Positions 58,512 through 64,000 of a stretch of 64,000 bases of DNA are shown one piece after another (position 1 is the stretch's first letter; every line of letters starts with the position of its first letter). This DNA is from an uncultured Muribaculaceae bacterium. Its GTDB lineage: Bacteria; Bacteroidota; Bacteroidia; Bacteroidales; Muribaculaceae. The stretch covers positions 3,027-67,026 of the forward strand of contig CAZECG010000010.1 in the NCBI GenBank assembly GCA_964510535.1, given 5' to 3'. Both the position numbers and the translations under genes were made by a program. The notes beneath the pieces were generated by a model. It searched no databases, had not been told where the DNA came from, and saw only the letters and a program-made list of their open reading frames with translations.

Positions 58512-59681
58512 TTAGTTTTGTTTAGGCTGCTCGGCTTTTTTTGCGGGGTCAACGGGGTTTATTACCACACCTTCGCGGACAGTCGTACCCACGCCCTCGA
58601 TTGCGATGCGGTCGCCGGGGTTTAGCCCTGATGTCACAACGAATGTTTTTCCGTCATTAAGAGGAGAAACGGTGATTGGGGCCGATACCGCTTTGTTGCT
58701 GTCGTTGACCACATATACAAACCGGAGGTCTTGCAACTCGTAAGTCGCCTTTTGAGGGATAATGATTGCGCTGTCGGTACGCTGAGGGATTAGGATTGCG
58801 CCGGTGCTGCCGCTGCGCAACATTCTGTTTGGGTTGTCGAAGAGTGCGCGGACCGATGCCGACCCGGTGGCATTGTCGAGCACACCCGACACAGTCGCCA
58901 CTTTACCCTTGAGCGGGTACATATCGCCGTTGGCAAGTTTGAGCGACACCTCAGGCATCTTCTTCACTGACTCGGCGAGAGAGAGGGAGCCGTTGCCGGT
59001 CAATGCGAGTACATCTTTCTCGTTCAGAGAGAAGTAGGCGTAGACCTGAGAGTTGTCGCTGACAGTTGTCAGAGGCACGGCCGAAGTCGGCGATGCGAGC
59101 GAGCCTTCGCGGTTGGGGATTGTGCCTACCACACCGTCGCTGGGTGAAGTCACCACGGTGTACGACAGGTTTTTGCGTGCGGTTACGAGACTTGCCTGAG
59201 CCGATGCGAGGTTGGCTCGGGCTTGACGGAGGTCGTTGTCGGCCATCTGCCACTCATATTCGCTTATGATGTTTTTGTCGAAAAGTTTGCGTTTGTTGTC
59301 GGCGGTGAGCTTGGCTGTCTCAACTGCCGTTTGAGCCACGTTTACAGCGGCTTCAGCCGATTCAACGGCTGCTTGGAACTGCACTTGGTCGATGGTGAAA
59401 AGCGGTTGTCCTTTGCTGACATGCTGCCCCTCGTCAACATGCACATTAGTGATGAAGCCGGTCACCTGCGGACGGATGTCAATGTCGGTCTTACCCTTGA
59501 TTGTGGCGGGGTATGTGTTGTTAAGCTCTGATGTGCCATAAACGATGGTCATCGTCGCGATGTCGGGAGCGGGGGCCTGCTGCTGTTGGCCGCCGCCGGA
59601 GCAAGATACCATTAATGCCGCCAAACCTGTAGCGAGCAAAAAATTAGATGTCTTCATTGAGGGAAAAATTAATTTAGTCAT
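58512..59681 (-). CDS. RND efflux periplasmic adaptor (membrane fusion protein)
   Basis: 389 aa. Lipobox 'LMVSCSGG', coiled-coil hairpin and beta-barrel regions. The alternative ATG at 59657 gives a cleaner lipoprotein signal peptide. Confidence 0.9.
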   Translation of the reverse strand: MTKLIFPSMKTSNFLLATGLAALMVSCSGGGQQQQAPAPDIATMTIVYGTSELNNTYPATIKGKTDIDIRPQVTGFITNVHVDEGQHVSKGQPLFTIDQVQFQAAVESAEAAVNVAQTAVETAKLTADNKRKLFDKNIISEYEWQMADNDLRQARANLASAQASLVTARKNLSYTVVTSPSDGVVGTIPNREGSLASPTSAVPLTTVSDNSQVYAYFSLNEKDVLALTGNGSLSLAESVKKMPEVSLKLANGDMYPLKGKVATVSGVLDNATGSASVRALFDNPNRMLRSGSTGAILIPQRTDSAIIIPQKATYELQDLRFVYVVNDSNKAVSAPITVSPLNDGKTFVVTSGLNPGDRIAIEGVGTTVREGVVINPVDPAKKAEQPKQN

Positions 59682-59724
59682 ATTTTCCTTACCTTAAAAA
59701 TAAATATACTTCGGAAATCTGGCG

Positions 59725-59732
59725 CAAAGGTA
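59725..59732 (-). promoter_or_regulatory. Candidate -7 box TACCTTTG (minus strand) for the RND operon
   Basis: The plus strand reads caaaggta. It lies 44 nt upstream of the start at 59681. Confidence 0.45.
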
Positions 59733-60020
59733 GTAATTTTCACATTATCAATAGACTACTAAAGTTATAAAAAATGTCATTACTGTTGGCTTTTTTTCTC
59801 TTTTTTCTTCCATAAAAAGGAACTTTATTAGCCAAATTTACATTTTTAACGCTATTTTACTCAATTTCACCAACATATAGCCAATCAGGCGGTTGTCATC
59901 ATCGGAAAACGTCGTTGACACACCGCCAAAATGCCGAGTTTATTTATTAATTGGTGTTAAAAAGAGCGAACGATGTTGTGAAAAAATGAACGTGGGGTTT
60001 GCAGACCGATGGTTTGGTTG

Positions 60021-60028
60021 TAACTTTA
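60021..60028 (+). promoter_or_regulatory. Candidate -7 box (TAACTTTA, one mismatch) upstream of polA
   Basis: Motif read directly, 39 nt before ATG 60067. Confidence 0.3.
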
Positions 60029-60066
60029 TCGCCAATCGGCGGCAAAATCGAGCCGATTAGCCATAA

Positions 60067-62814
60067 ATGGACGAAAAAAAACTGTTTCTTTTAGACGCTT
60101 ACGCTCTAATCTACAGAGCGTATTACGCATTGATGAAATCGCCGCGTTTCACGACCAAAGGGATTGACACGTCGGCTATATATGGTTTCTGTAACACGCT
60201 CGACGATTTACTGCGCAAAGAGAGTCCCACCCATATAGCGGTATGTTTCGATCCGAAAGGCGGCGCGACGTTCCGCCATGAGGCCTACCCGGAGTACAAA
60301 GCCAACCGCGACGCCCAGCCTGAAGGGATAACGGTGGCGATACCCTATATAAAAGATATCCTTGAAGCCTACAACATCCCGGTTATCGAGATGGCCCGCT
60401 ATGAGGCCGATGACGTGATAGGCACCCTGTCGCGCTTGGCCGAGGCCGAAGGGTTTGTGACCTACATGATGACCCCTGACAAGGATTACGGCCAGCTTGT
60501 GACCGACAAAGTGCTGATGTATCGTCCGGCCTTGAAGCAACAAGGGTTTGAAGTGAGGGGGCCCAGAGAAGTTTGCGAGCGTTACGGCATAGACCGCCCC
60601 TCGCAGGTAATCGACCTACTCGCCCTTGAGGGTGACGCCGTCGACAACATCCCCGGCTGCCCCGGTGTGGGAGAGAAGACCGCATCGAAACTTATCAAGG
60701 AGTGGGGTTCCGTGGAAACCCTTCTCGACAATACCGACAAACTTAAGGGAGCCGTTCAACGCCGCATAACCGAAAACGCCGAGAAAATACGGTTTTCCAA
60801 GTTTCTCGCCACGATAAAGACCGACATACCGATTGATGTCGATTTCAACGACCTGCGCCGCCGCCCCGAGAATGTCGACAGGCTTCTCAAAATATTCAAT
60901 GACTTAGAGTTCAAGACTCTCGCCAAGCGGCTTTCGGTCAACACAGAGCCAAAGGGGCCGCAACCCGCCGGAGAGCCGTCGCTCTTCGACTTCGACGCTA
61001 CGACCGATGCCGCCGCTTCGGCGCAGGCAATGGCACACAACGCCAACTACCGCGCTTTGACCGACTTGGCTGAAATAGGTGAATTTGTGAGCCGCACCGT
61101 CGCACGGGATGCGGTCGGAATGGCCATATCGGCATCAGGCGGCGACACGATGGCCTCGCACATCGAGGCGATAGCGTTGGCCATAGCGCCTGACGAAGCC
61201 GTCTACATCACATTCCCCACCGAATCAACGGCTCGCGACGAGGTCAAAGCGGTGATAACCCCGCTGCTATCAGCCGACACGACGATAGCGAGCCACGACA
61301 TGAAGCGCGACTATATACTGCTCAAAAACGAGGGATTGCCGCGCCCAGCCAATTTTTTTGACACATCGGTGGCCCATTATCTGCTTCAGCCCGAAATGCG
61401 CCACACGCTGCCAATGGTGGCCTCGGCGATGCTTAACTATCGCACCTTGTCGTATGATGACCCGTCGCACGACAAGCGCGCCGCCGGGATAATCGCCGCC
61501 GACCAACGCGTAAGCCGCCTATGCGAGGAGGCCGACATCACTCTGCGGTTGAGGGCCGCTCTTATCCCCGCGCTCGAAGAAGGGGGCTTCTCGAAGCTGC
61601 TGCGCGATATCGAACTGCCGCTCATCCCCGTGCTCGCCGAGATGGAGTGGACCGGCGTGAGAATCGACGTGAAAGAGCTCAACAACCTCTCATCAGCCTT
61701 GACCGAACGACTGCAGAGGATGGAGGGCCAAGTCTATGAGCTGGCGGGGATTGAGTTTAATCTCAGTTCACCCTCACAGGTCGGAGAGGTGCTTTTCGGG
61801 CAACTCAAACTCGACCCGAAGGCGAAACGCACCAAGAAGGGGGCATACTCGACCACTGAGGAGGTGCTTGAGAAATATGCCCACGCCCACCCGGTAGTGG
61901 GGCTAATCCTGAAGATACGCCGTCTGCGCAAACTGCTGACAACATATATAAATGCCCTGCCCGCTCTGATTAATCCCGCAACAGGCAAGATACACACCTC
62001 TTACAACCAAACAGTTACCGCTACGGGGCGTCTGTCGTCGGCCAATCCCAACCTGCAGAACATCCCGGTGAGAAGCGACGACGGCCGCGAAATCCGCCGC
62101 GCATTCATCGCCGACCCCGGCGACTTGTTCCTGTCGGCCGACTACTCGCAAATCGAGCTTAGATTGATGGCCGACCTCAGCGGCGACCCGTCGATGATAG
62201 AAGCGTTCCGCCTCGGTGTAGACATCCATCAGGCCACAGCCGCCAAAATATACAAGGAGCCGCTTGAAAGCGTCACCGACGGCCAACGCCGCAGTGCCAA
62301 GACCGCTAATTTCGGCATCATTTACGGTATATCGGCATTTGGGTTGGCGGAAAGGTTAGGAATCCCGCGCGCCGATGCCAAAGCATTGATAAACGGCTAT
62401 TTCGAGTCATATCCCGGAGTGAAAGAGTATATGGAACGCTCCATCGAACAAGCGCGCTCCGACGGGTATGTGACCACAATAATGGGGCGCAAACGTTTTC
62501 TCCCGGATATTAATTCGCGAAACGCTGTGGTCAGGGGATATGCCGAGCGCAACGCCATCAACGCGCCTCTTCAGGGAAGCGCGGCCGACATAATCAAACG
62601 CGCCATGGTGGACATATACGCCGCCATGGAGCGCGAGGGGCTAAAATCGAGGATGATTATGCAGGTGCACGACGAATTGATATTCAACGTGGTGCCCGAC
62701 GAGTTACCGCGTCTGCAAAAGATAATAACCGATGGCATGGTCGGGGCCTATCGCGGTCGCGTGCCGCTCGAAGTGTCATCGGGTGTCGGGCAAAACTGGC
62801 TTGAGGCTCATTAA
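60067..62814 (+). CDS. polA: DNA polymerase I
   Basis: 915 aa. 5'-nuclease N-terminus 'LFLLDAYALIYRAYYA' and polymerase motifs 'DYSQIELR', 'RRSAKTANFGIIYG' and 'QVHDEL'. Confidence 0.97.
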   Translation: MDEKKLFLLDAYALIYRAYYALMKSPRFTTKGIDTSAIYGFCNTLDDLLRKESPTHIAVCFDPKGGATFRHEAYPEYKANRDAQPEGITVAIPYIKDILEAYNIPVIEMARYEADDVIGTLSRLAEAEGFVTYMMTPDKDYGQLVTDKVLMYRPALKQQGFEVRGPREVCERYGIDRPSQVIDLLALEGDAVDNIPGCPGVGEKTASKLIKEWGSVETLLDNTDKLKGAVQRRITENAEKIRFSKFLATIKTDIPIDVDFNDLRRRPENVDRLLKIFNDLEFKTLAKRLSVNTEPKGPQPAGEPSLFDFDATTDAAASAQAMAHNANYRALTDLAEIGEFVSRTVARDAVGMAISASGGDTMASHIEAIALAIAPDEAVYITFPTESTARDEVKAVITPLLSADTTIASHDMKRDYILLKNEGLPRPANFFDTSVAHYLLQPEMRHTLPMVASAMLNYRTLSYDDPSHDKRAAGIIAADQRVSRLCEEADITLRLRAALIPALEEGGFSKLLRDIELPLIPVLAEMEWTGVRIDVKELNNLSSALTERLQRMEGQVYELAGIEFNLSSPSQVGEVLFGQLKLDPKAKRTKKGAYSTTEEVLEKYAHAHPVVGLILKIRRLRKLLTTYINALPALINPATGKIHTSYNQTVTATGRLSSANPNLQNIPVRSDDGREIRRAFIADPGDLFLSADYSQIELRLMADLSGDPSMIEAFRLGVDIHQATAAKIYKEPLESVTDGQRRSAKTANFGIIYGISAFGLAERLGIPRADAKALINGYFESYPGVKEYMERSIEQARSDGYVTTIMGRKRFLPDINSRNAVVRGYAERNAINAPLQGSAADIIKRAMVDIYAAMEREGLKSRMIMQVHDELIFNVVPDELPRLQKIITDGMVGAYRGRVPLEVSSGVGQNWLEAH

Positions 62815-62884
62815 CAGGAGCAAACGCGATTTATGGGATGGATGCCGAGCCAGCCGCTGACACTCCGCGAGATTGCCAGATGAA

Positions 62885-63760
62885 TCAACGAGAGTCCAGC
62901 CCCCAAAGCAGTTTATGGCGAAGGGTTGAAGCGAATGTGTGTCCCTGCCGCTGCACAACCCGTATGGAGAACGCGGCGCGGCTCAGCCTTATAGCCGTCC
63001 CCGCCGGGAGCGTGACCGCTCTGCCGTCGATGCTCACTCGATAAGACTGCGCCCGGGAAGTGGTAAGCAAATCGACAACCGCGTCTGACGAGACCACGAG
63101 CGGCCTCATGGTCAGAGAGTGTGCGGAGATTGGCGAAATAACCCAATTTGGAGCCGTAGGCTCGACGATAGGGCCGCCCACGGAAAGGTTGTAGCCGGTG
63201 CTTCCGGTAGGGGTCGAAACGATCAGACCGTCGGCAAGATATGTGGCGAGTTCGCTGCCTGCGATGCGCGCCTTGACCGTAATCATCGATGCCGTTTCGG
63301 CCTTTAACACAGCCACTTCGTTGAGAGCATAGGGCCATTGCTCGATTTCATGTCCCTTCACCTCAATCCGCAGCAACGCGCGCTCCTCGATTTGACATCG
63401 CCCTGCCACTACATCCTCGACCATTGAGACGGCCTCGCTAATCGGCACAGCCGCGAGGTAGCCCAAGTGTCCGGTGTTTATACCGAGAATCGGAATCGCC
63501 TTGTCGGCGACCCACTCGGCAGTGCGCAGAAATGTCCCGTCGCCGCCTATACTCAACGCCAACGCCGCCGAGAACTGCCCTCCGTCAATGATGTTTTGCA
63601 CCGTCGGAGGCTCGGGTAGCACGCGGCACAGATAGTTGAAGAACGAAGATTCCATCTCAATCCAAACGTTGCGGCGGCTCAACTCATCAAGGAACGCCGC
63701 GACATCGGCGAGATGCTCGTTTTGGTATTGATTGCCGTAGATTGCTATTTTCATTTTCAA
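62885..63760 (-). CDS. nadK: NAD kinase
   Basis: 291 aa. 'SIGGDGTFLR' and 'INTGHLGYL' NAD kinase motifs. Confidence 0.92.
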   Translation of the reverse strand: MKMKIAIYGNQYQNEHLADVAAFLDELSRRNVWIEMESSFFNYLCRVLPEPPTVQNIIDGGQFSAALALSIGGDGTFLRTAEWVADKAIPILGINTGHLGYLAAVPISEAVSMVEDVVAGRCQIEERALLRIEVKGHEIEQWPYALNEVAVLKAETASMITVKARIAGSELATYLADGLIVSTPTGSTGYNLSVGGPIVEPTAPNWVISPISAHSLTMRPLVVSSDAVVDLLTTSRAQSYRVSIDGRAVTLPAGTAIRLSRAAFSIRVVQRQGHTFASTLRHKLLWGLDSR

Positions 63761-63798
63761 TATCGGTGAGTGACAAGTGGCGATGTGATAATCGACAG

Positions 63799-64000
63799 TC
63801 AGACTTCCAGGTAATGGATAACTTCAAGTGCTCTGTCGCGCAATGACTTGTCGACCGCTCCGCCGGGACCGGTGACAGTTTCCACACGGAATCCGTAGCG
63901 TTCGAGCGAGCGGGCTATTGCCATTCCATCGAGACGGTTCGCGGTCAGAGAAACCAAAAGCCGCCCCTCCTCGTCGCGTCGAGGGTGGACGCTGAGGTTC
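63799..64000 (-). CDS. Unassigned CDS, C-terminal 66 codons only (5' end lies outside the window)
   Basis: My own translation of the minus strand is open from the window edge to the TGA at 63799-63801: NLSVHPRRDEEGRLLVSLTANRLDGMAIARSLERYGFRVETVTGPGGAVDKSLRDRALEVIHYLEV. I recognised no family. Confidence 0.4.
   Translation of the reverse strand, partial: NLSVHPRRDEEGRLLVSLTANRLDGMAIARSLERYGFRVETVTGPGGAVDKSLRDRALEVIHYLEV

Overview
This 64-kb window reads as core chromosome of a moderately GC-rich Bacteroidota (Bacteroidales-like) organism. The evidence is type IX secretion genes (PorU/PorV), TAnnTTTG-type -7 promoter boxes, a BmeABC-like RND efflux operon, and a Bacteroidota-style dcw cluster (rsmH-ftsL-ftsI-murE-mraY-murD-ftsW-murG-murC-ftsQ-ftsA-ftsZ) with no murF or ddl inside it and, here, no mraZ. 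About 50 tightly packed CDS are present, mostly on the + strand. In order they include dnaX, a GH25 muramidase, two PorU-like C25 sortase paralogs bracketing rex, cvpA-sufBCDS, porV-ispF, mdh, topA, a pseudouridine synthase, an Lrp/AsnC regulator, an orphan M15 peptidase and a PpiD-like chaperone. These are followed by an MBL-hydrolase/GT/epimerase cassette, the dcw cluster, a fused ABC-ATPase/DUF4435 protein, menA, a ModF-like ATPase, a SemiSWEET, lpxA joined to an RND operon, polA and nadK. I saw no rRNA, tRNA, CRISPR array, transposase, integrase or prophage. I do not see a clear-cut novel multi-gene system. The best leads are: (1) a single-polypeptide ABC-ATPase + DUF4435/Toprim (OLD/PARIS-like) gene wedged between ftsZ and menA with a 4-nt overlap; (2) two diverged but apparently catalytically intact PorU sortase paralogs flanking a rex bicistron; (3) an ATGCAT-rich tandem/inverted repeat array upstream of the Lrp/AsnC regulator; (4) an RND operon that ends in lpxA and whose pump carries an extra two-helix insertion. 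All calls come from motif recognition on the supplied translations and by-eye reading of intergenic DNA. No database search was run.
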